Positions 7,750-17,242 of a stretch of 25,500 bases of DNA are shown here, piece after piece (within the stretch, counting starts at the first letter, position 1; each line of letters begins with the position of its first letter). The notes below the pieces were generated by a model. That model was not told where the DNA came from. It did not search any database and saw only the letters and a program-made list of their open reading frames with translations. This stretch comes from Verrucomicrobiota bacterium (GTDB taxonomy: Bacteria > Verrucomicrobiota > Verrucomicrobiia > Palsa-1439), in NCBI GenBank assembly GCA_037142335.1, contig JBAXAT010000001.1:1-25500 (forward strand), in the 5' to 3' direction. A program made the translations under genes and the position numbers.

Positions 7750-8832
7750 ATGCCCAACAAACATGTGAAATTATTTATCCCCGGCCCGGTCGAGGTCAGC
7801 CCGGAAACCTTTGCCGCAATGAGCCAGCCGATGATGGGCCATCGCGGCACCGGCTTCCAAGACCTTTACGCTGCCATTCAACCAAAAATCCAAACTCTTC
7901 TGAATACGAAGAATCCAGTATTTCTTTCCACCTCTTCGGCGTGGGGTGTGATGGAAGCCGCCGTTCGCAATCTGACCGGTAAGAAAGTCTTGAACTGCTG
8001 CTGTGGCGCATTCTCGGACAAATGGCTCGATGTTTCGAAGCGTTGCGGCAAAGACGCCGAAGCGCTCAAGGTTGAATGGGGTCAGCCGATTTTGCCGGAG
8101 CAGATTGACGCCAAACTCAAGACCGGCCAGTTCGACGCACTCACGCTCATTCACAATGAGACTTCCACCGGCTTGATGAATCCGCTCGCCGAAATTTCAG
8201 CGGTGATGAGGAAATATCCGAACGTGATGTTCATCGTGGACGCCGTAAGTTCGATGACCGGCGTAAAAATTGATACCGACGCGCTCAGTATTGATGTGTT
8301 GCTGGCCGGCGTACAGAAGGCGTGGGCGTTGCCGCCGGGGCTGGCGGTGTTCGCCGTCAGTGAGCGGGCATTGAAGAAAGCTGAGACCATCCCTGGGCGC
8401 GGCTATTACTTCGACTTCCTAGAATTTAAGGCAAATCACGATAAGAACATGACTCCGAGCACGCCGAGTATTCCGCACATCTACGGCTTGAAGTTCAAGC
8501 TCGACCAGATCGAGAAAGAAGGTCTCGACAACCGGTACGCCCGGCACTTGAAGATGGCCGGCATGGTGCACGATTGGGTGAAGACGCGCGGCTTCGAGAT
8601 GTTCCCGAAAGCCGGTTACGAATCCGTCACGCTCTCCTGCGTTAAAAATAATAAAAACATCGACGTCGCCAAACTCCAAAAAGCCTTGAAGGACAAATAC
8701 CGGGTGCTGATTGACGGCGGTTACGGCCAAATCAAAGGCAAGAGTTTCCGCATCGGCCACATGGGCGACGAAACACCTGCCACAGTCGCCGAATTGCTCG
8801 GTTGGCTCGACGATTGTCTGAAGACGCTCTAA
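7750..8832 (+). CDS. Class V PLP-dependent aminotransferase (alanine/serine-glyoxylate type)
   Basis: LFIPGPVEV, MMGHR, HNETSTG, VDAVSS, GVQKAWALPPGL (PLP lysine), FRIGHMG. SD-like AAGGA lies before ATG 7750. Confidence 0.92.
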   Translation: MPNKHVKLFIPGPVEVSPETFAAMSQPMMGHRGTGFQDLYAAIQPKIQTLLNTKNPVFLSTSSAWGVMEAAVRNLTGKKVLNCCCGAFSDKWLDVSKRCGKDAEALKVEWGQPILPEQIDAKLKTGQFDALTLIHNETSTGLMNPLAEISAVMRKYPNVMFIVDAVSSMTGVKIDTDALSIDVLLAGVQKAWALPPGLAVFAVSERALKKAETIPGRGYYFDFLEFKANHDKNMTPSTPSIPHIYGLKFKLDQIEKEGLDNRYARHLKMAGMVHDWVKTRGFEMFPKAGYESVTLSCVKNNKNIDVAKLQKALKDKYRVLIDGGYGQIKGKSFRIGHMGDETPATVAELLGWLDDCLKTL

Positions 8833-8835
8833 GCC

Positions 8836-9678
8836 GTGCCAGAAATCGCATACGTCAACGGAGAGTTTCTCCCGCTCGAACGCGCCATGGTTCACGTTGA
8901 GGACCGTGGCTACCAGTTCGCTGATGCGGTGTATGAGTTTGTGCGAACCTATAGTGGCCGGCCGTTCGCCGTTACCGAACATTTGCACCGGCTCTTTTTT
9001 AGCCTCGATGCCATCGGGCTGAAACACAACTTTACATTGGCCGGGTTGGAAGCGATCATCCAAGAAGCCGTTCGCCGTGCCGCTTTTCCGGAAGCGGCAA
9101 TTTATCTGCAAGTGTCGCGCGGCCAAGCCAAACGCCATCGCGGCATTCCGGCTAATTACGAACCGACGCTGGTGATTACCGTCCGGCAGCTTGTCAGCAC
9201 TGCAAACCTTTGCGAAACCGGCATCAAGCTCATTACTGTGCTCGACCAACGTTGGTCGCGGTGCGATATCAAAGCCGTCGGACTGCTCGCCAATGTTCTC
9301 GCCTACCAAGCCGCACAACAAGCCGGCGCTAGCGACGCCATTTTCTGCGAAGCCGATGACACTGTTAACGAAGCGACTGCCGGTAACATCTTCATTGTCA
9401 CCACTGCCGGCGAGTTTGTCACGCCGCCAAAGAGTCACCGACTGTTGGCCGGCGTGACTCGCGACAAATTGCTTCAAGCCGCCGGCAGCGCCGGCATTCC
9501 AACCGCTGAACGGCGCATTACTAAAACCGAACTATTGTCCGCCGCCGAAGTCATTCTCTCCAGCAGCACTGCCGAAGTCGTGCCGGTAGTTATGGTGGAC
9601 AGCCAACCAATCGGTACCGGTAAGCCAGGTCTGGCAGCGCGGAAAGTCTACGCTGAGTTTCTCCGGCGGTTGCCTTGA
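8836..9678 (+). CDS. dat: Class IV PLP aminotransferase, D-amino-acid transaminase-like
   Basis: EDRGYQFADAVYE, RWSRCDIK (PLP lysine), LLANVLA, EATAGN, LLAGVTR. GTG start 3 nt after the upstream stop. Confidence 0.8.
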   Translation: MPEIAYVNGEFLPLERAMVHVEDRGYQFADAVYEFVRTYSGRPFAVTEHLHRLFFSLDAIGLKHNFTLAGLEAIIQEAVRRAAFPEAAIYLQVSRGQAKRHRGIPANYEPTLVITVRQLVSTANLCETGIKLITVLDQRWSRCDIKAVGLLANVLAYQAAQQAGASDAIFCEADDTVNEATAGNIFIVTTAGEFVTPPKSHRLLAGVTRDKLLQAAGSAGIPTAERRITKTELLSAAEVILSSSTAEVVPVVMVDSQPIGTGKPGLAARKVYAEFLRRLP

Positions 9679-9702
9679 CATTGGCGGTAAGCCTGATAGG
9701 AT
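9675..9702 (+). promoter_or_regulatory. sigma70 promoter of the rpmH operon
   Basis: Perfect TTGACA (9675-9680, overlapping the dat stop)-16 nt-TAGGAT (9697-9702) preceded by an extended -10 TG. Confidence 0.7.
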
Positions 9703-9716
9703 GAACACTTCTTAAC

Positions 9717-9854
9717 ATGAAACGTACCTATCAACCATCAAAACGCCGCCGGAAACGCCGTTGCGGATTTCTGAAACGTTCTAGCACTCGCGGCGGTCGT
9801 GCCGTGCTTGCCAACCGTCGCCGTGTTGGCCGCAAAAAGCTAACCCAGGTCTGA
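9717..9854 (+). CDS. rpmH: 50S ribosomal protein L34 (missed by the ORF track)
   Basis: Hand translation [45 protein letters not shown] (45 aa); canonical position upstream of rnpA. Confidence 0.97.
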   Translation: MKRTYQPSKRRRKRRCGFLKRSSTRGGRAVLANRRRVGRKKLTQV

Positions 9855-9875
9855 GTTGTTGCACCGGAGGTTCGG

Positions 9876-10235
9876 TTGCATGGAAGTCAGTCATTTCCGA
9901 AACAGCAGCACCTGCTGCGTCCCAGCCAATTTCAGCGGGTGTACGACAACGGGCGCCGGTATCACGGCAGCTTGGCCGTCGTCCACGTGCTCGCGGTCCC
10001 GGACCAGCCGCGCGTGGTTGGAATTGTGACCAGCCGCAAGGTTGGTAATGCTGTGGCCCGCAACCGTGCCCGGCGTCTTCTCCGCGAAGCTTACCGGCTG
10101 AACCAGCACCAACTCCAAGATCACTTCCAAATCGTTATGGTCGCCCGCAATTTAATCAACGGCAAAAAACGTCAAGATGTCGAAGTCTGCCTGCTCGATT
10201 TATTCCGGTCGGCCGGCTTGCTGTGTGCTGCGTGA
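9876..10235 (+). CDS. rnpA: Ribonuclease P protein component
   Basis: RNR motif [20 protein letters not shown] start with SD GGAGG. Confidence 0.95.
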   Translation: MHGSQSFPKQQHLLRPSQFQRVYDNGRRYHGSLAVVHVLAVPDQPRVVGIVTSRKVGNAVARNRARRLLREAYRLNQHQLQDHFQIVMVARNLINGKKRQDVEVCLLDLFRSAGLLCAA

Positions 10236-10456
10236 TGAAACGCACTTTGCTTTGGCTGATTCAAGCATACCGGTCGCTTGCGCCGGTGCGCGCTCTTTTG
10301 CCGGTCGCCTGCGACTGTCGATATTTCCCAAGCTGCTCCTGCTACACCAGCGAAGCGATTAACCGGCATGGTGTCGCACGCGGTAGTTGGCTGGCGGCCC
10401 GGCGCTTAGCGCGGTGTCATCCATTCCATGCCGGCGGTTACGATCCAGTCCCATGA
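10235..10456 (+). CDS. yidD: Membrane protein insertion efficiency factor YidD
   Basis: [35 protein letters not shown] overlaps the rnpA stop. Confidence 0.93.
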   Translation: MKRTLLWLIQAYRSLAPVRALLPVACDCRYFPSCSCYTSEAINRHGVARGSWLAARRLARCHPFHAGGYDPVP

Positions 10457-12039
10457 ATAAACAAACCTTTCCCATTGTAATTGCGTGCCTCGTGGCGTTG
10501 TTCGGTGTGCAGTACGCCGTCAATAAAATTTACCCACCGATTCCGCGCAAGGCAGCACGACCGATCCCTGCGGCACCGGTATTTACGACCAACGTCGTGG
10601 AGACGATTCAAACAGCGCAGGCACCTGTGCCGGTAGCGACTGGGACGCGACCGGCCGAGCGAGTTGTCACACTGAGCAACGATTGTGTGCGTGTCGAAGT
10701 AACCAGTTGGGGTGGTGGCATCAAGTCTGTGGAGTTGCTAAAATACAAAGCGACGCTGTCCGGACCGGCGTTGACATTACCGGGTGACGACGTATTTGCG
10801 ATTGAGCAGACTGATGCGCGGACGGTTGTGCTCCGTGGTGGCGGCGTTATGAGGACGTTAACGCTTGGCGCAGATTACCGGCTGACAGGCAAGTTCGTGG
10901 TGCCGGCTGGGATGACCAACCTGTTCATCACTGTTGGTACGGCAGCACCAAACGCCGCAAAGGAGGAGGCAAGTTATCTGAACGTAGATTGGCAAGGCGG
11001 CCCGAAATTCTCTAACCGTGACGTTAGCAAGGTCATTAAGCGGACGAAGACCGGCGAGAATCGGGAATTCATCCACGCCCAGTGGGTCGGAGTGAAGAAC
11101 CAGTTTTTCACGACGATTCTGTCGTCGTCGAATTACATCGCCAGCGTAACGTATGCACCGGTCGGCTTGCCGCAGTGGAAAGACCAACCTAAGAGTGAAA
11201 ATACGAACGGTGTGACCGCATTCGCCGAGGTGCCGGTAACCGGCACAATGTGCGAGTTTAGCTACTATGCTGGGCCAAAGGAATACGACCGGTTGCAATC
11301 GCTTGGCCAGAATCAGGAAGAAGCGATGGATTTTGGCTCGTGGATGGACGCCTACTCTGGCTTTTTCGGCTGGTTACTATTGCGGAGCCTGAATTTCTTC
11401 CACGCGCTAATTCCGAGCTACGCCATTGCAATTCTCCTCGTGACTGCGGCGCTGAAGCTTGCTTTCTGGCCGATTCAAGCAAAGAGCATTCAGTCGATGA
11501 AAGCGATGCAGAAGTTTCAGCCGCAAGTCCAGAAACTCAAAGACAAGTTCAAGGATGATCCGGCGCGTCTTAACCAAGAGACGATGCGGCTTTACAAGGA
11601 GCACAAGATCAATCCTTTCTCCGGCTGCCTGCCGATGTTGGTACAGATGCCGGTGTTGATCGCATTTTACAAAGTGCTTGGTGGTAATGTCGCCTTGCGC
11701 GGCGAATCATTCCTGTGGATTAAAGACCTCGCCCAGCCGGACACCATCTACACGCTGCCGTTCGCGTTGCCATTGCTCGGGCTTCTCCCTATCAATCCAT
11801 TGCCGATTCTGATGGTTGGCTCGATGATCTGGCAGCAAAAAATCACCCCACAAACCGGTGACCCGCAGCAGGCGAAGCTGATGATGTTCATGCCGCTAAT
11901 CATGTTGATGTTTTTCTACAATGTGGCCTCAGGTCTGACGTTATACTGGACGTTGCAACAATTCCTTTCCATCCTCCAGCAATGGCTAAGTCTCCGGAAA
12001 GATCACCAACTCGCGCCAGTCGTCGTGAAGTCAAAATGA
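10453..12039 (+). CDS. yidC: Membrane protein insertase YidC
   Basis: N-terminal TM, periplasmic domain ending YAGPKEY, then [51 protein letters not shown] overlaps the yidD stop. Confidence 0.96.
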   Translation: MNKQTFPIVIACLVALFGVQYAVNKIYPPIPRKAARPIPAAPVFTTNVVETIQTAQAPVPVATGTRPAERVVTLSNDCVRVEVTSWGGGIKSVELLKYKATLSGPALTLPGDDVFAIEQTDARTVVLRGGGVMRTLTLGADYRLTGKFVVPAGMTNLFITVGTAAPNAAKEEASYLNVDWQGGPKFSNRDVSKVIKRTKTGENREFIHAQWVGVKNQFFTTILSSSNYIASVTYAPVGLPQWKDQPKSENTNGVTAFAEVPVTGTMCEFSYYAGPKEYDRLQSLGQNQEEAMDFGSWMDAYSGFFGWLLLRSLNFFHALIPSYAIAILLVTAALKLAFWPIQAKSIQSMKAMQKFQPQVQKLKDKFKDDPARLNQETMRLYKEHKINPFSGCLPMLVQMPVLIAFYKVLGGNVALRGESFLWIKDLAQPDTIYTLPFALPLLGLLPINPLPILMVGSMIWQQKITPQTGDPQQAKLMMFMPLIMLMFFYNVASGLTLYWTLQQFLSILQQWLSLRKDHQLAPVVVKSK

Positions 12040-12533
12040 ACACCGATTCTCAAACCGCAGTGCCACTCGATCCAAAAATCGTCGTCGAAACCATTCTCGC
12101 CGGCCTCGCCATCTCCGGCGCTGTCGAACAATCAGTGATTGATGGCGCGCCGTTCCTACGGATTACTACTGCCGACCCTAGTCAGCTGATTGGCAAACGC
12201 GGCCAGACGCTGTACCAACTCCAATTTCTCGTCAACCGCATTCTCCAACGCCACGACCTCAAAGCGCCGCGTGTCACCATTGACTGTGAGAATTACCGGG
12301 AACAACAAAACGACGGGGTTCTCCGTCAGGCCACCGATGCCGCCGACCAAGTCCGCCGCTGGGGTGAAGCCGTGACCCTCGGCCCGTTGGTCATGTTTGA
12401 CCGGCGCATCATCCAGCAACATTTCAACTCCGATCGGGAAATCGAAGCCGTTAGCGAAACCGGTGACGAAGCCGGTAAGAAGAAAATAATGATCCGCGTC
12501 CGGCAAGCTCCGTTGCCCGCGCCCGCCCACTAG
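12036..12533 (+). CDS. jag: Jag/KhpB (EloR) RNA-binding protein, KH plus R3H-like domain, no Jag_N domain
   Basis: KH GxxG loop LIGKRGQTLYQLQFLVN, DCENYR, R3H-like segment FDRRIIQQH; conserved position after yidC with ATGA overlap. Confidence 0.85.
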   Translation: MNTDSQTAVPLDPKIVVETILAGLAISGAVEQSVIDGAPFLRITTADPSQLIGKRGQTLYQLQFLVNRILQRHDLKAPRVTIDCENYREQQNDGVLRQATDAADQVRRWGEAVTLGPLVMFDRRIIQQHFNSDREIEAVSETGDEAGKKKIMIRVRQAPLPAPAH

Positions 12534-12545
12534 AATCGACCGTTT

Positions 12546-13151
12546 TCAGCCCGGGAACACGACCGGCTGCCATTCTTGCTGCCGGTGAAAGTTACAAACG
12601 GAATGCGGCGACGTGGATGACAAAACCGGTGCTGATTTACCACGCGTGTGGTCATACCGACAGAACGAGCATAACCATCTAGAGCCCGGTTGCATCGCGC
12701 CATTCTCAACCACCATTGCAAACGGGATGGTCGCACTCACAAACCACTTCTGCGCGGCGGTATCCGCGCGCACAGCGCTAGCAATGCGCGTTTTCCAGAT
12801 TTTGTGGGCTGCTAGTCGTTCGTCGAGCGTGCCGGTGGGGGGAAGCTGGCGGATTTTCTGAGCGTCAGCAAAACGCAACTGGAATAGTTGATTGCTCGGC
12901 GTGATGTGAAACTCGAAATATGGCTCCTGCGCTTCTGGTCGCAAGAAAATCTCAAACACATCGCCATTGTTGAATGCCGCCTGATTAAACTCGGTGACCG
13001 GATTAAAAATATCACGGTCCGGTAACTCTGCCTCGACGACCAACGCGTCACGGTTCCAACCGACGCGGACACGCGCCGGCAATAAATCGGCTTCCGGTTC
13101 CGATCGCCACGCTTGGTGCATCATCCAATCCGCGACAAAATTAGTTTTCAT
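12546..13151 (-). CDS. Carbohydrate-binding family 9-like / DOMON-like beta-sandwich protein
   Basis: DVFEIFL..YFEFHITP..W..IPF..W.CSFCRYD pattern typical of CBM9-like proteins. Starts 2 nt after the serine hydrolase stop. Confidence 0.65.
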   Translation of the reverse strand: MKTNFVADWMMHQAWRSEPEADLLPARVRVGWNRDALVVEAELPDRDIFNPVTEFNQAAFNNGDVFEIFLRPEAQEPYFEFHITPSNQLFQLRFADAQKIRQLPPTGTLDERLAAHKIWKTRIASAVRADTAAQKWFVSATIPFAMVVENGAMQPGSRWLCSFCRYDHTRGKSAPVLSSTSPHSVCNFHRQQEWQPVVFPG

Positions 13152-13153
13152 GG

Positions 13154-14248
13154 TTAATCCTTTAACTGTAACGCCGCTTGCTCAAACGCTTGCCGGCACT
13201 TGACGCCGTCATCCCACGGGCCAGTGTGTTGCACTAGAAAAACAGTGATTAAACCAGCTTGCCAGTGAATGGTAAAATTGGTCGCGAGCGCGCCACCGTG
13301 GCCACTCCAGCCCTCACCGGCTTGCCAGCCAAATCCATAGCCTTCGGAAAGTTGTGGAGCGGTTTGCCGGCGTGTCATTTCGCGGACGGTGACTTCGGAC
13401 AGATACCGGCGCCTGTCCCACGTGCCGCCGTTGAGAATCATCTGGCCAAACTGCACCACGTCCCGCGCCGTTGAAAACAAACCGCCGGCCGGCAGCGGAT
13501 ACCGTCGTCGACTACTGTATGGTGTTTGGAGTTGGGAGATACCGGTTTCTTCAAAGCCAGTCTTGGTGGCATTGGGCTTGTAAGATTTCGCAAGGCGTTT
13601 TAATAAAATCGCGTTTGGCCAGAACGAAGTTTCCGTCATGCCGAGCGGTTTCAAGATGCGTTGTGCGAGAAACTTTTCGTACGATTGTCCTGTGACGACT
13701 TCGAGGACGCGCGCAGCGATATTGATACCGGCGTTGCAGTACACATACTTTGTGTCCGGTTCCTGTTGCAGCGGCAACATAGCGTAACTGAGTACCGCTG
13801 TTCGCAACGGTAATCCGTCGGCAGTCGGGAACTCTACAGGGGAGTTAAACGGCAATCCGCTCGTGTGTGACAACACATTGCCGAGCGTGATTGGATGTGC
13901 TGGGTGTTTCAATAACACATGGTGCTCATCCTGTTCGGCGATCATCATCTGGCCTTTGAACTCCGGTAAATATTTCTCAACCGGATCGGACATGCTCACC
14001 CGACATTCATCCACCAGCATCATCACCGCCGCGCCGGTCATCGGCTTGGTCATCGAGGCGATCCAAAACAAGCTATCTGGCTGCATCGGTTTCTGTGCCG
14101 CCATATCAGCGAAGCCTACAGTGGTCACGTCGAGAATTTTATCTTTCGTCGCCACCAATGTGACTGCACCGGCTAGTGAATGGTTATCGATAAATGGCTG
14201 CAACGCGGCAGCGATGCTGTTCTTCTGACGAAGAGATTGGGAGTTCAT
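13154..14248 (-). CDS. Serine hydrolase, class C beta-lactamase/esterase family
   Basis: SxxK (IASMTK), YxN (YCN), AGGLFSTARD, HGG. SD GAGG before ATG 14248; no obvious signal peptide. Confidence 0.9.
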   Translation of the reverse strand: MNSQSLRQKNSIAAALQPFIDNHSLAGAVTLVATKDKILDVTTVGFADMAAQKPMQPDSLFWIASMTKPMTGAAVMMLVDECRVSMSDPVEKYLPEFKGQMMIAEQDEHHVLLKHPAHPITLGNVLSHTSGLPFNSPVEFPTADGLPLRTAVLSYAMLPLQQEPDTKYVYCNAGINIAARVLEVVTGQSYEKFLAQRILKPLGMTETSFWPNAILLKRLAKSYKPNATKTGFEETGISQLQTPYSSRRRYPLPAGGLFSTARDVVQFGQMILNGGTWDRRRYLSEVTVREMTRRQTAPQLSEGYGFGWQAGEGWSGHGGALATNFTIHWQAGLITVFLVQHTGPWDDGVKCRQAFEQAALQLKD

Positions 14249-14301
14249 TGGGTAGCCTCTTGCCACAAAGAGACGGCACCTGTCAATGGATGGCTTACAA
14301 A

Positions 14302-15117
14302 TTAAGCTGCGGAGTTCTTCCGCTTGGCGACGGTCTTGGCTCGCCGGAAGAATTCACGCTCTAGCGCGGGAACGACGCGATCTTTTTTCACGGCGGCAAT
14401 GTATTCCGCCAGCGAATCCACGAGCAGATCACGCATAATCCGGCCTTTCGCGGCAGTGGCGGGTCGGGCGTCACCGGCGTAATGTTCAGGATAATCGCCG
14501 TACCAATGGACACCGGTAAACGTTGGCCGCAACGCTTTCAATCGGTGCAGTGCTTTTGCTGGTTGCTTCGGGAGGCAATCCATCTGAACAAGGTGTGGAT
14601 GATTGGCGAGAGAAACACTGGTTTCACATTCACAGGCGTGACCGTGTTCCTTTGTCTCACAGAGAGCGTCCCACTTCTTTTGTCGGTCGACAGTCAGGTA
14701 ATTAACCGGTGGCAGATAAAGACTGTACAGTTTCTCTTCCCACAAACTGCATTGAGCCACAAACGGTAAAAAATGATTATTCCCACCGTGCGCGCTGTAG
14801 ACGATAATCTTGCGAAATCCGTTCCGGCCGATTTCATCGAACACGCCTTGAATCAGTTCTAGCAGCAATGCCGGTTTCAATGTGACTGTTCCCGGGAAAC
14901 ACCGGGCCTCGTAGATTTGGCCAAAATAAAACGGTGGCCACACAACTGCCGGTTCTTGCGCTGCCGCCAAGCACGCAAGCTTGTGGCCATTCAGAAAATC
15001 CGTGCCGAGCGGCAAATGCTCACCGTGCTTCTCCAGCACGCCCATGGCAATGACACAAACGCCGGTGCGCTCCGCGGCTTTTTTGAATTCCCGAGCGGTT
15101 AAGTTTTCCCATTGCAT
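14302..15117 (-). CDS. Creatininase / creatinine amidohydrolase family protein
   Basis: EKHGEHLPLGTD, HGGN, HACECETS metal-ligand motifs. SD GGGAG. Confidence 0.9.
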   Translation of the reverse strand: MQWENLTAREFKKAAERTGVCVIAMGVLEKHGEHLPLGTDFLNGHKLACLAAAQEPAVVWPPFYFGQIYEARCFPGTVTLKPALLLELIQGVFDEIGRNGFRKIIVYSAHGGNNHFLPFVAQCSLWEEKLYSLYLPPVNYLTVDRQKKWDALCETKEHGHACECETSVSLANHPHLVQMDCLPKQPAKALHRLKALRPTFTGVHWYGDYPEHYAGDARPATAAKGRIMRDLLVDSLAEYIAAVKKDRVVPALEREFFRRAKTVAKRKNSAA

Positions 15118-15145
15118 AAAAATATCTCCCTTCCGCCGATCAAGT

Positions 15146-15922
15146 TTAGACCAGCCTCATCAAGCACCAGTCCACGAAACCGGGAAAGAGCCGCTTGGCC
15201 CAGCAACCAAGGATACACGGCAATGTCAGCACAACCTCGCGACGCCGGTGCCGGCAGGCGCGGAGGATAACAGTGGCAACATGGGACGGTAACTGGCCGC
15301 GCATTGATCCAAAACGTGACGGGCCGCTGGTGATAATTTGATTCTCAAAAAACTGTGTTTCCGTATGACCCGGCAAGATTGAGATGACATCAATGCCGGA
15401 CGCGCGCAGTTCCAACCGGAGTGAATCGCTCAACGATCGCACCGCGAACTTGCTCGCACAGTAAATACTATTTTGTGGCGTGGCAATCATCCCGACAACA
15501 CTGCTGATGTTGACGATTTGACCACTGCCTTGCCGGCGCATTACCGGCACGACGGCTTGCGTGCAGCGCAATAGTGCAAAGAAATTTAGATCCATCACAC
15601 GCCGTGCAACGCCGAAATCCAGTTCAGCAAACAGGCCACGCTGGCCAATACCGGCATTGTTGACGAGGATGTCAATTCGCCCAAACTCGCGGAGCGTAGT
15701 GGCGACAATTTCGACGGCGGCATCGGAATGGGTGATGTCCGCCGGTAATGGGCGCAATTGCAATTGCGGATTTTCAGAGGCGATTTGCCGCAGCATTTCG
15801 CCACGACGCGCGACCATGATGACGCGCGCACCGGCCCGGCCGAACGCCAGCGCAGTTTCCTTACCGATACCGCTTGAGGCGCCGGTTACGATGACGACTT
15901 TGTTGTGAAAGTGAGATTTCAC
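15146..15922 (-). CDS. Short-chain dehydrogenase/reductase
   Basis: TGASSGIG, NNAG, NISS, YCASK. GTG start at 15922 preferred over TTG 15958. Confidence 0.92.
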   Translation of the reverse strand: MKSHFHNKVVIVTGASSGIGKETALAFGRAGARVIMVARRGEMLRQIASENPQLQLRPLPADITHSDAAVEIVATTLREFGRIDILVNNAGIGQRGLFAELDFGVARRVMDLNFFALLRCTQAVVPVMRRQGSGQIVNISSVVGMIATPQNSIYCASKFAVRSLSDSLRLELRASGIDVISILPGHTETQFFENQIITSGPSRFGSMRGQLPSHVATVILRACRHRRREVVLTLPCILGCWAKRLFPGFVDWCLMRLV

Positions 15923-15930
15923 GAGTCCAC

Positions 15931-15977
15931 AGCATAGCGGAATTGTTGTGGAAAGCAATCGTGCGTGGGACTAGATT
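15931..15977. promoter_or_regulatory. Overlapping divergent sigma70-like promoters for the SDR (-) and DUF2007 (+) genes, both with leaderless geometry
   Basis: Minus strand: TTGCTT (15958-15953)-16-TATGCT (15936-15931)-8-GTG. Plus strand: TGGAAA (15949-15954)-17-TAGATT (15972-15977)-6-ATG. Confidence 0.5.
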
Positions 15978-15983
15978 ACCGGC

Positions 15984-16502
15984 ATGAACCAGCCCAACAC
16001 AAAACTGGTCGAGGTGTACAAGGCGCGCGACACGTGGGAAGGCACATTGCTGACCGGCTACTTGCGCGACAACGGTATTGAGGCCGCCTTTCATGGCGAC
16101 CCAAATGTGTCGTTTGACATGACCGAATTGCTGCGTAACAGCAACGAGGCATTTGGCGTATTTGTACTGGAACCTGAAGCGGCGCAGGCGAAGGCGTTGC
16201 TTACGGAGTTTCTGACGGCAGCAACTGACGAGTTGTTGTTGGCTAAGAACGCCGCGCACAAATTGAAAGTGGACAAGGAGACAATCCATCGCTTGCGCGG
16301 CGCGCTGGTGGAAGAGCGGCGCACGTTTGAGTTCCTCGGTTGGGTCGGCGTGGTGTTCCTCGGCGCGGCAGCGTTGCTGTGGACGATCTGGCCGGCGTGG
16401 TTGAAGATGGACGTGCCGCCGTCAATCTTCCGGTGGCTGATGGTGGCGTTACTAACCATCGGCGCTGTCTTTGCTGGTAACTGGGCCAACCGGAAAATTT
16501 AA
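15984..16502 (+). CDS. DUF2007-like (putative signal-transducing) domain protein with two C-terminal TM helices
   Basis: LVEVYKARDTWEGTLLTGYLRDNGIEA..VFVLEPEAAQAKALL N-terminal pattern; two hydrophobic segments at the C-terminus. Confidence 0.7.
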   Translation: MNQPNTKLVEVYKARDTWEGTLLTGYLRDNGIEAAFHGDPNVSFDMTELLRNSNEAFGVFVLEPEAAQAKALLTEFLTAATDELLLAKNAAHKLKVDKETIHRLRGALVEERRTFEFLGWVGVVFLGAAALLWTIWPAWLKMDVPPSIFRWLMVALLTIGAVFAGNWANRKI

Positions 16503-16507
16503 CAGTC

Positions 16508-17242
16508 ATGCTGCGACCGCAAACTCGATTTGGCAATCTCACTCTCGGCCGCGTGCCGAAAGTGGTCGGCACCGTCTCACAAGCCGGCACGCTCGAAAAA
16601 CTCGCCGCCGGCATGGAACGCCAGTGCGACATCGTCGAACTCCGCCTTGATTTAATCGGCACCGGTCACTGGCTCGACCACGCTAAAGCCATCGAAGCCC
16701 AAAGCTTGCCGGTCATCGCCACGCTCCGCCTTGCCAGCGAAGGCGGCAAATGGACGCGATCTGATGCCGAACGTTTACCGGTCTTTGAGACGGCATTGAC
16801 ACATCTTACCGCCGTCGATATTGAATTCAGGAGTCCGCTTCTCGAAAAGGTTTCCGCGTTCGCCGCCAGTCACCAAAAGGCGCTAATCATTTCGTACCAC
16901 GATTTCGAGCGGACGCCGCCGGTCGCCGATCTCCGGCAAGTCAATCGCAAAGCGGCCAACTACGGCACCGTTGTGAAAATCGCCACCTTGACGCAAACCG
17001 AAGCCGACCTAGCGGCGTTGCGTGAATTATTTTCAGAGCAATGTTCCGCCTCGGTCTGCTTGCTCGGTATGGGCGCGCTCGGTCCGACGAGTCGGAAATT
17101 ATTACCGCAGCTTGGCTCATGTCTCACCTATGGCTACCTCGACGCGCCAATCGCGCCAGGTCAGGTAGCTGCTGTCGAATTATTGCGTCAGCTTGCCGGC
17201 GCACTTACGGAGTCATCCGCGCGCATTCCAGCGGCACAATAG
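16508..17242 (+). CDS. aroD: Type I 3-dehydroquinate dehydratase
   Basis: DIVELRLD, IATLR..EGG, DIE, IISYHDFERTP, VVKIA (Schiff-base Lys), MG..G..SR, GSCLTYG, APGQ. Confidence 0.92.
   Translation: MLRPQTRFGNLTLGRVPKVVGTVSQAGTLEKLAAGMERQCDIVELRLDLIGTGHWLDHAKAIEAQSLPVIATLRLASEGGKWTRSDAERLPVFETALTHLTAVDIEFRSPLLEKVSAFAASHQKALIISYHDFERTPPVADLRQVNRKAANYGTVVKIATLTQTEADLAALRELFSEQCSASVCLLGMGALGPTSRKLLPQLGSCLTYGYLDAPIAPGQVAAVELLRQLAGALTESSARIPAAQ

Noticed and set aside
8419-9477. 352-aa minus-strand ORF across the two aminotransferases
   Set aside because: Antisense to two well-supported genes; no motifs.
14281-14286. Perfect TTGACA on the minus strand upstream of the serine hydrolase
   Set aside because: No TANNNT at 16-18 nt spacing, so a promoter cannot be supported.
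17205-17242. 38-nt convergent overlap of aroD and the 1063-aa gene (also gmhA/MFS at 4608-4611)
   Set aside because: Short tail-to-tail overlaps are common in compact genomes; no evidence of antisense regulation.
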